Positions 1 through 8,473 of a DNA stretch of 64,000 nt are shown piece by piece. The stretch spans positions 5,781 to 69,780 of the forward strand of contig JAZDMV010000026.1 in NCBI GenBank assembly GCA_043800535.1, written 5' to 3'. Each line of letters begins with the position of its first letter. Within the stretch, counting starts at the first letter, position 1. The notes beneath the pieces are model-generated. The model ran no database searches, had not been told where the DNA came from, and worked only from the letters and a program-made list of their open reading frames with translations. The stretch comes from a bacterium (GTDB lineage: Bacteria; Patescibacteriota; Minisyncoccia; Portnoybacterales; GWB1-42-6). The translations under genes and the position numbers were made by a program.

Positions 1-185
1 CGGTCTACCGCAAAAACTTTTGTGCGCCTACCAGGACTTTCACCCCGTTCCAATTCCACTCACTAATCGCGGTATATCAGCGGAGGAAGGCGAAGCCGCT
101 TCGCTTGCCATACCTGGTAATAAGAAAACTCGTGGTTGGAATTGGAACGGGGCAGGCCTGGAGCCTACTGGTTTTCTGTGTAATG
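1..185 (-). ncRNA. Candidate 5' portion of RNase P RNA (rnpB), truncated by window edge
   Basis: Minus-strand read shows a P2-like strand, then a long helix (about 42-58 pairing with 146-163, 15 bp), then GGUGAAAGUCCUGGUAGGCGCA, resembling the P4 5' strand AGGAAAGUCCGGGCUCCAUAGGGCA; the rest runs off the window. Confidence 0.4.
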
Positions 186-258
186 TGCGCCCTGAGGGAC
201 TCGAACCCCCAACCTCTTGGTTCGAAGCCAAGCACTCTATCCATTGAGCTAAGGGCGC
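186..258 (-). tRNA. tRNA-Arg (anticodon TCG)
   Basis: Reverse complement folds as a cloverleaf: acceptor GCGCCCT/AGGGCGC, anticodon stem CTTGG/CCAAG with loop CTTCGAA, T-loop TTCGAGT. Confidence 0.85.
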
Positions 259-265
259 GTATTTG

Positions 266-298
266 CAGTGAGCCCCGCACAATGCGGGGCTCACTGCG
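266..298. terminator. Perfect hairpin gcagtgagccccgca-caat-gcggggctcactgc between the SIMPL gene and tRNA-Arg
   Basis: Inverted repeat read directly; sits downstream of the minus-strand CDS 308-1120. Confidence 0.5.
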
Positions 299-307
299 CT
301 AGAAATT

Positions 308-1120
308 TTATTGTATCTCGTAAGTTATTGATACATCAACCGTAATTTCGTTCTGGCCGGTTTGGACTTCGGGGGAAGGCGTTGCGCCGCCGCCGCCCAT
401 GCCAAGGGCGCTGTCTTTGAGATAGGTAATTGGCGGTTGGCTGCCTGATTCAGAGAAGCTGACAATTCTGACAATACTGACGCCCAGGTCATTTTTTAAG
501 ACCTCGGCTTTTTGTTTGGCATCGTCAATCGCTTTTTTTCTCGCCTCGGCTTTTATAGATTCCGGATCATCAATTGTGAAACTAAGCGAGCCGATCTGGT
601 TGACGCCGTTGGCGGCGGCTTTGGCCAGAATATCACTGGCTTTGTCCAGCTGCCTGATTTTAACGTCCAGGGTTTGCGAAACCTGATATCCGATAATTAT
701 GCTTCGGCCGGCGGTGTATTGGTAGTTTGGAGAGATATTGTAACTGACTGTTTTTAAATCTTTCTCATCCACGCCGAGGTCCTTCATCGCCTTTATCACG
801 TTATTCATTTTTTGCGTATTGTCTTTTTGGGCAGCGGCGACAGTCGCGCTTTCAGAAAGCACGGTTAATGAAACCTCGCCGATGTCGGGCTTGGCCAGAA
901 CCTTTCCTTCACCAGAAACCGTAATCGTATTTTTGACCTGAATATCCTGCCCGATATATTTGCCGCGTTTGGCTTCATTTTGTGTGGCAAAAATCATATA
1001 AACCGCCGTGATTATAAGCAAAATCGCAAAAATTCCCATGACAGCCATTTTTAAAGGATGCTTATGACCGGTAGGATGGCCGGACAAATGATTGTGGAAC
1101 TGCTCATTTATATTGTCCAT
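308..1120 (-). CDS. SIMPL/DUF541 (YggE-like) periplasmic protein
   Basis: N-terminal TM segment followed by characteristic DUF541 sequence (LSVLSESATVAAAQKDNTQKMNNVIKAMKDLGV..., GYQVSQTLDVKIRQLDK). Confidence 0.75.
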   Translation of the reverse strand: MDNINEQFHNHLSGHPTGHKHPLKMAVMGIFAILLIITAVYMIFATQNEAKRGKYIGQDIQVKNTITVSGEGKVLAKPDIGEVSLTVLSESATVAAAQKDNTQKMNNVIKAMKDLGVDEKDLKTVSYNISPNYQYTAGRSIIIGYQVSQTLDVKIRQLDKASDILAKAAANGVNQIGSLSFTIDDPESIKAEARKKAIDDAKQKAEVLKNDLGVSIVRIVSFSESGSQPPITYLKDSALGMGGGGATPSPEVQTGQNEITVDVSITYEIQ

Positions 1121-1276
1121 TTTTTTATCCGCATTGATTCTTGCTGTTTGGGCATTTTAGCAATTCCCGAAACAGCTTGAATTTACGTTTTTATGTTATC
1201 AGATTATCACAATTTTGGGCAAAAAGCCAGTAAAATCAGTTGAAAAAAAGCACGAGACACGGTAGAATTTAGACAG

Positions 1277-2827
1277 ATGACAATCCCGAAAGAAGTCACA
1301 AACATAACAGAAAAGCTGCAGAAAGCCGGCTTTGAGGCATATATCGTAGGCGGCTGTGTTCGTGACTTTATTTTGCTTGCCCACCGAAGCCTTGGCGCGC
1401 CATCCGAAGCATTGCGCGAAGGTATGGGCGAAGAAGGGGAAAATTCGCCAGCTGGCGGACCGGCGGATTGGGATATAGCTACTAACGCCAAACCAGAAGA
1501 AACACAGAAAATTTTTCCTGACAGCGTTTATGAAAATAAATTTGGCACGGTTGGAATAAAAACCGATTCCTCTGATCCGCGCCTGAAAATTATTGAAGTA
1601 ACAACTTACCGCGTTGACGAAAAATATTCGGACAAACGCCATCCGGACAGTGTGAAATTCACTGGCAAACTGGAAGACGACTTGGCCCGGCGCGACTTTA
1701 CGGTGAACGCGATGGCCCTTCGGATTAGTTTACCCAAAGCAGCGTCGAGGGGCTCAGGGCAAGTTCATGAAATTATTGATCCATTTGGCGGCCAGAAGGA
1801 CTTGGAGGCAAAAGTTATTCGCGCAGTTGGCAAGCCAGAAGAGCGATTCGGTGAAGACGCGTTGCGGATGATGCGTGCGATAAGATTTGCCTGTCAGCTT
1901 AATTTTACGATTGAACCTAAAACGCTTGCGGCCATTCACAAAAACGCAGGATGGCTTGAGACGATTTCCAAGGAACGTGTGAGAGACGAATTCGTAAAAA
2001 CCATGATGTCCGATAAGGCGGCCGAAGGCCTTGAGCTTCTGCGCGAGACGGGCCTCTTAAAATTTATAATACCCGAACTTGAAAAAGGAGTCGGCGTGAC
2101 GCAGAACCGTCATCATATATATACTGTCTATGAGCATAATTTGTTATCGCTTAAATTCGCGGCGCAGAAAAAATTCAATCTGGAAGTCCGGCTGGCCGCC
2201 CTGCTTCACGATATTGCCAAACAGGAAGTAAAAATGGGAGAGGGGCCGGAAGCGACATTCTATAACCACGATTTTGTCGGCGCAAAATTTAGCGTGCGAA
2301 TTTTGGATCGCTTAAAATTCCCGCGCGATCTGGTTGATAAAGTCGCGCTTTTAATCCGTAGCCACATGTTTGTCTACGACGTTGGTGTTGTGACTGAAGC
2401 AGCCATCCGGCGTCTGTTAAAAAAAGTCAGCCCTGAAAATATGCAGGACTTGATTGATTTGCGCGTGGCGGATCGATTGGGTTCGGGCGTGCCCAAGGCC
2501 CAGCCGTATCGTTTGCGCCATTTTCAATATATGGTGGAGAAAGTCCAGCACGACGCGATTTCGGTCAGAATGTTGAAAATTGATGGCAACGGCATTATGA
2601 AATTGCTGAAAATTGAGCCCGGCCCGAAAATCGGCGCGATTTTGGACGTTTTGTTGGCAGAAGCGATTGAAGAGCCGCAAAAAAATGAGGAAAAGCATCT
2701 TGAAGGCCGCGTCAAAGAGTTGAATGACCTCGACTTGACCGATTTGCGAAAAATGGCAAAGCAGAAAATTGAGGAGAAAAAAGAAGAGGAAGATCTTGAA
2801 ATAAAAGGGAAATATTGGGTGAAATAA
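1277..2827 (+). CDS. cca: CCA-adding tRNA nucleotidyltransferase with HD domain
   Basis: GGCVRDFIL...DWDIATNA head motif, RxxDFTVNA, HD-domain region (LLHDIAK); about 26 aa insertion inside the head motif and a K/E-rich C-terminal tail. Confidence 0.85.
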   Translation: MTIPKEVTNITEKLQKAGFEAYIVGGCVRDFILLAHRSLGAPSEALREGMGEEGENSPAGGPADWDIATNAKPEETQKIFPDSVYENKFGTVGIKTDSSDPRLKIIEVTTYRVDEKYSDKRHPDSVKFTGKLEDDLARRDFTVNAMALRISLPKAASRGSGQVHEIIDPFGGQKDLEAKVIRAVGKPEERFGEDALRMMRAIRFACQLNFTIEPKTLAAIHKNAGWLETISKERVRDEFVKTMMSDKAAEGLELLRETGLLKFIIPELEKGVGVTQNRHHIYTVYEHNLLSLKFAAQKKFNLEVRLAALLHDIAKQEVKMGEGPEATFYNHDFVGAKFSVRILDRLKFPRDLVDKVALLIRSHMFVYDVGVVTEAAIRRLLKKVSPENMQDLIDLRVADRLGSGVPKAQPYRLRHFQYMVEKVQHDAISVRMLKIDGNGIMKLLKIEPGPKIGAILDVLLAEAIEEPQKNEEKHLEGRVKELNDLDLTDLRKMAKQKIEEKKEEEDLEIKGKYWVK

Positions 2828-2893
2828 ACGCCGTAATTTATTTATATGGTTTTGCTTTGTGCATTTTTTATTTTTTATATTTTATTTTGAAAC

Positions 2894-3484
2894 ATGCCCG
2901 GACCAATCACTCACCTTGCGTATGCTGAAAGATATTTGCGAAAGAATCCGTCACGCGATTTAAAAAAATTCATTTTGGGCACAATTTTTCCCGATATTCG
3001 CTATATCGCCAAGATCGAGCGCGATTTGACGCACAAAAAATTCAGGCCTGACCTAAATTTGTCGGCGATTGATTCATTCAAGGCCGGCTGGAAACTCCAT
3101 ATCTACCTTGACAGCCAATGGAATAAAATAGTGAAAACCAGCCGTTTTTATTGCCCCGGCAACAAAGACAACTTGCTTGTCTGGACCGCGGCAAAAATTA
3201 TTGAGGACAGGATTGATCGTAAAAAAATCAGCGACCTGGCAAAATACTGGCGGATTATAAAAAATCCCGGCTCTGGTTCCGTCCTCCATATTTCCAAAGA
3301 CAAAATAAAGCTTTATTATCAGGCAAACGCCAATTACCTTATTAGAGGAGATTACGAAGCATTCGTAAAATATATATTTCAGGAAAGTTCCATTAACCCT
3401 ATGCTGGTTAAGACCGAAGAGCTGGAAAAGGATAAAAAAATGGTTGAATTCTTATCAAAAATTCTTGACAAAATCACGCCATAA
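2894..3484 (+). CDS. Hypothetical protein
   Basis: 196 aa ORF; no family confidently recognised. Confidence 0.5.
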   Translation: MPGPITHLAYAERYLRKNPSRDLKKFILGTIFPDIRYIAKIERDLTHKKFRPDLNLSAIDSFKAGWKLHIYLDSQWNKIVKTSRFYCPGNKDNLLVWTAAKIIEDRIDRKKISDLAKYWRIIKNPGSGSVLHISKDKIKLYYQANANYLIRGDYEAFVKYIFQESSINPMLVKTEELEKDKKMVEFLSKILDKITP

Positions 3485-3501
3485 GTTTTAAGTAAGGGAG
3501 A

Positions 3502-3575
3502 CGGGGTATAGTATAATGGCATTACGTGCGCTTCGGGTGCGTATAATCCCGGTTCGAATCCGGGTACCCCGACCA
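3502..3575 (+). tRNA. tRNA-Pro (anticodon CGG), CCA encoded
   Basis: CGGGGTA...TACCCCG acceptor, anticodon loop TTCGGGT, T-loop TTCGAAT, then A-CCA. Confidence 0.85.
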
Positions 3576-3668
3576 GACGAAACTTGACGGATTTTGCGAG
3601 GAGTTTGTTTGCTCGCTCGCCCCGCCTGCGGCGGCGTTTCGCTTGATGATTTAATGAGATAAATTTAC

Positions 3669-4409
3669 ATGTCCACCGGATATATTTTAAATAGCCAAAA
3701 AACATTTGAAATCTTTTTAAGAACAGAGAAGGTTTTAAAAAATAATCTTTTCCCCATTGTAAGTAAATTTGTACGTGAAGAAATAGATTTTTGGATAAAA
3801 ACAGCAAAGAGATATATTAAAAAAGATGAAAAAATTATTGAAATGGGTTGCGGAAGCGGCAGAATCCTCAAGGAATTAACAAAAGCTGATTTTTCTGCAT
3901 TTGGTTTTGACAACGATGCTCTATTCATAGATTACTGTAGAAAACAAAATCTAAAAGTATTTTATTTAGACGCGACCAAAGCAGCCCCCAAAAAACATAA
4001 ATTGAAATATAAAATGGCAGGTATTGCCGTAAATACTTTATTTAATTTTCCGAAGAAGATAAGGAAAAAATGGATTTCATCTGCTCATAATTTGCTGAAA
4101 GAAAAAGGAACTTTAATTATGACTGCTTATTCTGATAGCAGATTTTCAAGGACGACTATCAAAGAAAGGGTGAAATTTTATGAAAATGTTTTAATGCCCC
4201 CGAAAGATTCTTATATTGAATTCTTCGATGACGGCAAAAGGAAAGGAGTTCATCTTTGTGGCCACAATAAAAAGGAGATTTGGTTTTCTGAATGGATATC
4301 TAGGGGTGAATTACTGAAAGAAGCAAATTCTTGGAAAAATTTTAAGGTTGTTTCAATTCAAGAAATGAAATGCGGAATTGGTTGGAAGTTGGTGTCTATT
4401 AAAAAGTAA
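3669..4409 (+). CDS. Class I SAM-dependent methyltransferase (AT-rich islet)
   Basis: Motif I IIEMGCGSGRILKEL; GC content well below flanks. Confidence 0.7.
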   Translation: MSTGYILNSQKTFEIFLRTEKVLKNNLFPIVSKFVREEIDFWIKTAKRYIKKDEKIIEMGCGSGRILKELTKADFSAFGFDNDALFIDYCRKQNLKVFYLDATKAAPKKHKLKYKMAGIAVNTLFNFPKKIRKKWISSAHNLLKEKGTLIMTAYSDSRFSRTTIKERVKFYENVLMPPKDSYIEFFDDGKRKGVHLCGHNKKEIWFSEWISRGELLKEANSWKNFKVVSIQEMKCGIGWKLVSIKK

Positions 4410-4431
4410 ATTTTCTAACGCAGAAGAAAGT

Positions 4432-4788
4432 ATGAATATAGAAATAGAATCTGATACTATATTTAATAAATTAAACAACGCCACTCTGACCAAGGAGGAA
4501 TTTAAACTCCTTCCTTATCTTGAAAGAAAAATATATCAAGATACAGCCAAAAAGAGGTTTTCTAAATTGGACTCTCATCTTAGTCCTGAACATATTGACT
4601 GGAAGATTCGAGTTCGAGCAAATAATGACCTATCTCTGGTTCTGAATGATTGCCTAAAGAAGAATTTATTAAAATTGAAAAGAGTTGAAAAAATTAACTT
4701 AATAGAGATTGGCTTTTCGCTAGGCGCAAGCACAACTTTATTTGTTTTAAGAGAATTAACAAAAACTTCAGAATTTATTAAAAAATAA
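4432..4788 (+). CDS. Hypothetical protein (AT-rich islet)
   Basis: ORF in same AT-rich block, start chosen at MNIEIES. Confidence 0.45.
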   Translation: MNIEIESDTIFNKLNNATLTKEEFKLLPYLERKIYQDTAKKRFSKLDSHLSPEHIDWKIRVRANNDLSLVLNDCLKKNLLKLKRVEKINLIEIGFSLGASTTLFVLRELTKTSEFIKK

Positions 4789-4803
4789 TTTAAATATAAA
4801 ATT

Positions 4804-5319
4804 ATGCCAAACGAGAACATTAAGCCAACCGGCTGGCCTCCTTCGCGCGAGGCTTCGGAAGGCCAATGCTGCGAGCCGTTTAATCCGGAGCCATGGCATG
4901 ACAAAGAAATAACCTGGCAGGATAAAATATTTGTTCGCGACCACGTGACGAGTTTTTTTCACATACCGCTTAACATGAGGGGAAAGATCATAAAGAACAT
5001 GAAATTGATTGAGGCGGCGCAGGCCAAGTCGCCCTATCAATTAATGCTGTGTGACGAGAAGTCGCTTTGGGGTTCGGATATCTATATTGATGTAGCGCGT
5101 GACGTGCCTGGCGCGCAGATGGACAAAATTTCCGGCACTTTTCTGACCAAAGTTTTTGAAGGGCCGTATAAAGATGCTGGCAAATGGGCAAAAGAGATGA
5201 TGGAGTATGTTGCCTCAAAAGGCAAAACGCTCAAAAAATTGTATTTTTCCTACACCACTTGTCCCAATTGCGCCAAGGCCTATGGCAAGAATTACGTGGT
5301 GCTCTTTGCGCAGATATAG
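4804..5319 (+). CDS. Hypothetical protein with C-terminal CPNC motif
   Basis: 171 aa ORF; CCEPFNPEPWHDKE and YTTCPNC motifs; family not securely recognised. Confidence 0.5.
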   Translation: MPNENIKPTGWPPSREASEGQCCEPFNPEPWHDKEITWQDKIFVRDHVTSFFHIPLNMRGKIIKNMKLIEAAQAKSPYQLMLCDEKSLWGSDIYIDVARDVPGAQMDKISGTFLTKVFEGPYKDAGKWAKEMMEYVASKGKTLKKLYFSYTTCPNCAKAYGKNYVVLFAQI

Positions 5320-5321
5320 AA

Positions 5322-6014
5322 ATGACGTACGAGGAAATCATTAAAAAACTGAAATCTCTTGGTAATCCCAAAAACGTGACGGGCATGGCCAGATTTGGGC
5401 TGTCCTCAAAGACGACGGTTGTGCTGGGCATAAAAAAACCGGTAATGGACAAAATGGCTAAGGCGATTGGAAAGGACACAGAATTAGCATTAAAACTTTG
5501 GGATTCAAAGATCTATGAAGCGCGGGTGTTAGCCGCTTTGATAGCCGATCCTAATGTTTTAACGGAAAAACAGATCGATAAATGGATTTCAGATTTTGAT
5601 AATTGGGGTGTTTGTGATAATGCATGTATGAATTTATTTCATAAAATACCCAATGCCCATAAAAAAGCAAAAAAGTTAGCGGTAAGTCCTCGGGAGTTTG
5701 TCAGGCGTACGGGGTTTGCCCTGATCGCTTCTCTGACTGTACACGATAAGAAAGCGACGGACTCCAGTTTCGTTAAATTTCTTCCTATTATAAAGAAACA
5801 TTCAACTGACGAGCGAAATTATGTCAAAAAAGCGGTCAATTGGGCTTTACGTCAGATTGGCAAGCGGAATAAAAATTTAAATAAGGAAGCGATAAAAACC
5901 GCGCGGGAAATTTTGTCCGCCAGCCGGCGGATTGACAGTAAGGCCGCCAAATGGATTGCAGGTGATGCAATTCGGGAACTGACGAGCGCGGCAGTGCAGA
6001 AAAGATTAAGATGA
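5322..6014 (+). CDS. DNA alkylation repair protein (AlkD-like HEAT-repeat glycosylase family)
   Basis: MTYEEIIKKLKSLGNPKNVTGMARFGL..., WDSKIYEARVLAA..., NWGVCDN, RRTGFALIA; start is the ATG at 5322 in the frame of ORF 5184. Confidence 0.75.
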   Translation: MTYEEIIKKLKSLGNPKNVTGMARFGLSSKTTVVLGIKKPVMDKMAKAIGKDTELALKLWDSKIYEARVLAALIADPNVLTEKQIDKWISDFDNWGVCDNACMNLFHKIPNAHKKAKKLAVSPREFVRRTGFALIASLTVHDKKATDSSFVKFLPIIKKHSTDERNYVKKAVNWALRQIGKRNKNLNKEAIKTAREILSASRRIDSKAAKWIAGDAIRELTSAAVQKRLR

Positions 6015-6019
6015 CATAG

Positions 6020-6095
6020 TAGTGTCATCCCGTGCTTGACACGGGATCCAGATTCATTAGCCTGGATTCCGGCTCGAGGCCGGAATGACAATAAA
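6020..6095. repeat. Composite palindromic repeat, family 1, copy 1
   Basis: gtcatcccgtgcttgacacgggatCCAG-attcattagc-CTGGATtccggctcgaggccggaatgac. Confidence 0.8.
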
Positions 6096-6099
6096 ATAA

Positions 6100-6402
6100 A
6101 TGCGATTAAATTTCAAAAACATAAAAGATAGTCCGTTGAATCTGATGCGGCGCGTTGGCTACAGTTTTGTCGGCAAGGATGATATGACAGGGGAGGAAGG
6201 TTATCAACGCCGGCTAAGCTCGGGCGATTATCCCAAATTCCACGTGTTTATAAAAAAAGACGGCGATTTTGTTTTTGTAAATCTGCATTTGGACCAGAAG
6301 AAGGCGTCTTATGGCGGTCAGACCGCGCATTCAGGCGAATACGAAGACATCGGTCTTGTGGAAAAAGAGGCGGAGATAATTAGAGGAGTGTTTGAGGCGT
6401 AG
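6100..6402 (+). CDS. Hypothetical protein
   Basis: 100 aa ORF; start ambiguous (alternative Met at about 6145). Confidence 0.4.
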   Translation: MRLNFKNIKDSPLNLMRRVGYSFVGKDDMTGEEGYQRRLSSGDYPKFHVFIKKDGDFVFVNLHLDQKKASYGGQTAHSGEYEDIGLVEKEAEIIRGVFEA

Positions 6403-6414
6403 ATTTAATTGTTT

Positions 6415-6488
6415 GGGCCTGTAGTATAGTGGCAATACGCGGCATTCGCATTGCTGAGACGCGAGTTCGATTCTCGCCAGGTCCACCA
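6415..6488 (+). tRNA. tRNA-Ala (anticodon CGC), CCA encoded
   Basis: GGGCCTG...CAGGTCC acceptor, anticodon stem CGGCA/TGCTG with loop TTCGCAT, T-loop TTCGATT, A-CCA. Confidence 0.85.
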
Positions 6489-6657
6489 ATCGCAACTTTC
6501 GCCATTTTGGGAAAGGGTTGCCTCGCGGCTTCGCCGCTCGGCAGTGGGGCTTTGCGCCGTGCGCAAAGCCATAAAATCCCACGCTTACGACGATTGAAAA
6601 ATTGGCTAAAGCGCCTGGGGTTTCGGCGGATGAATTATTGAGATAATCATAAAAACT

Positions 6658-7617
6658 ATGTCTGAAAAATTTGATTTTTCTAAAATTGAAGAGCAACAGA
6701 AATTTGAAGAATTGTCGCAGGAAGAAAAAGATAAAATTATCGGCGATGGGCAGGAGGAGGGAAATGCAGAAAATTTAGAAAAAGAATTATCGCCAGAAAT
6801 AATAGAAAAGGTAATGGATAAAGTGCAGGATATTGATAAAGAAGGTACGGCTTATTCGACGCTTTTGTTTTTCAATGATGCAGCTATGAAAAACAAATTA
6901 GAATCAGTGTTGAAATTTGGCTTGTTAGGCACAAGCGGCCTTGATGATTCGAAAAATAGGGTCGGAGAACCTTTTATTGAAGCGGCTAAATGGATAGAAA
7001 ATGTAAGGAAAAAGAAAGAATCTGCCTTTTTCTTTAATATAGTAGGAAGAACTCATTTCTCAGGTCCGGCTTTCGAGTATCGTGAAAAGTTTGGAAAAAA
7101 TTTACCAGAAATTTCAAATTCTTATTGGTTTTCAAGAGAAGGCACCAAAATAGCACTTTTATTTGACGATTCGCGATTTACAGAAAAAGAACCCATTGAT
7201 TCACCAACCAAAAAAATAAGCAACAGAAGTCGCGTTTTTAGGGCTAATCAGGATTACGGCTATAGAGATGAAAAGGGCAGAATTTTTTATACTTCTGAAA
7301 ATTTGTTTAAGCCTGGTTTACCAATTGCAGATAGTGAATTTGGTTTTGTGGGAGCATTTAGAGTCCCACCTAAATCTTTTAGAGGTTTGGTCTTGAGAGT
7401 AAATAAAAAACAATTTGAGCAAGAGACAGAAGATGATCCAAAAAAATGGGAAGAGATAATTAATCATATGGTTTTGACAATGACAAGAGAATACAAAAAT
7501 AAAGAGAAATTAATTTTACCAATTTATAATTTTAAAGGAGATCTTCTTTGGCCAAAAAAGATGAGTTATGAAAAAATTAAAAGGTTTATAGCGGAGAAAG
7601 AGATAAAAGAAAATTGA
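6658..7617 (+). CDS. Hypothetical protein (AT-rich gene next to tRNA-Ala)
   Basis: 319 aa ORF, acidic N-terminus, no recognised domain; low GC. Confidence 0.55.
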   Translation: MSEKFDFSKIEEQQKFEELSQEEKDKIIGDGQEEGNAENLEKELSPEIIEKVMDKVQDIDKEGTAYSTLLFFNDAAMKNKLESVLKFGLLGTSGLDDSKNRVGEPFIEAAKWIENVRKKKESAFFFNIVGRTHFSGPAFEYREKFGKNLPEISNSYWFSREGTKIALLFDDSRFTEKEPIDSPTKKISNRSRVFRANQDYGYRDEKGRIFYTSENLFKPGLPIADSEFGFVGAFRVPPKSFRGLVLRVNKKQFEQETEDDPKKWEEIINHMVLTMTREYKNKEKLILPIYNFKGDLLWPKKMSYEKIKRFIAEKEIKEN

Positions 7618-7879
7618 AATAAAGAAGTATAAATGGTTAATTTCGTTATTATTTTAAGATAAGAATAATGAATAACCCTGCGAGTCCTTCGGGCATCGCA
7701 AGGAGTTCAAAAATCTTCAAAAAATTTTAGCGGCGGCTCGCCCCGCAAGGCAAGGCAAAATCAAAGCGAGGGCGGGGCGGGAATTCATTTCCCCCCAACC
7801 CCCTTTCCTTCCCGCCCCGCCCGAGCGTCAGAAATTCCGTTCAAAGAAATTTCGCGCAAAGTTTAGAATATCCCACATT

Positions 7880-8455
7880 ATGTCCAAACGCGTTTTTATA
7901 ATTCACTGCTGGGACGGCCACCCTGAAGATAACTGGTATCCCTGGCTCAAAAAAGAGCTTGAGAAGCGGGATTTTGAGGTGCAAATTCCTGCTATGCCAA
8001 ATACTTCCGAGCCAAAAATCGAGGTCTGGATCCCGTTTTTGGCAAAACTGGTCGGGACAGCAGATGAGAATACTTTTTTTGTCGGTCATTCTATCGGCTG
8101 CCAGACGATCATCAGATATCTGCAAACGTTGCCTGAAGGAACAAAGATCGGCGGCGCGGTTTTTGTGGCAGGCTGGTATGACGTGCGAAATCTTGAGACC
8201 GAAGAGGAAAAAATAATCGCCGGGCCTTGGGTGAGTGAGCCGAGGGATGATAAAAAAATTCGTCAGACAGTTAACAAATCAATCGCTATTTTTTCCGATA
8301 ATGACCCTTTTGTCGCGGAAGAGAATCAGCAGTCATGGCAGGAGAAGGTTGGTGCAAAAATTATTGTTAAGCACAAGGCGGGTCATTTCAGAGAAGAAGA
8401 CGGGTTTAAAGAATTACCATCTGCGCTTCAAGCGGTTCTGGAAATCACCGGATAA
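7880..8455 (+). CDS. RBBP9/YdeN-family alpha/beta serine hydrolase
   Basis: IIHCWDG...NWYPWL..., nucleophile elbow GHSIGC. Confidence 0.75.
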   Translation: MSKRVFIIHCWDGHPEDNWYPWLKKELEKRDFEVQIPAMPNTSEPKIEVWIPFLAKLVGTADENTFFVGHSIGCQTIIRYLQTLPEGTKIGGAVFVAGWYDVRNLETEEEKIIAGPWVSEPRDDKKIRQTVNKSIAIFSDNDPFVAEENQQSWQEKVGAKIIVKHKAGHFREEDGFKELPSALQAVLEITG

Positions 8456-8473
8456 AATTATGTAGATTTTGAA

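Noticed and set aside
40-294. ORFs 40-294 (minus), 77-280 (minus), 20-247 and 105-302 (plus) at the window start
   Set aside because: They overlap tRNA-Arg and the structured RNA region and are translations of RNA genes, not proteins.
1199-1642. 147 aa and 94 aa minus-strand ORFs
   Set aside because: Overlap the 5' region of the cca gene on the opposite strand; no RBS and no homology.
3379-3807. 142 aa minus-strand ORF
   Set aside because: Runs antisense through tRNA-Pro and the start of the methyltransferase gene; contains the tRNA read in reverse.
5852-6091. 79 aa minus-strand ORF containing RAGIQ and RVKHGMT peptides
   Set aside because: It is the family-1 repeat read in one frame plus antisense of the alkD-like gene. 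The same peptides appear wherever the repeat occurs.
6331-6696. 121 aa minus-strand ORF
   Set aside because: Antisense through tRNA-Ala (contains ARIELASQQCECRVLPLYYRP, the tRNA read in reverse).
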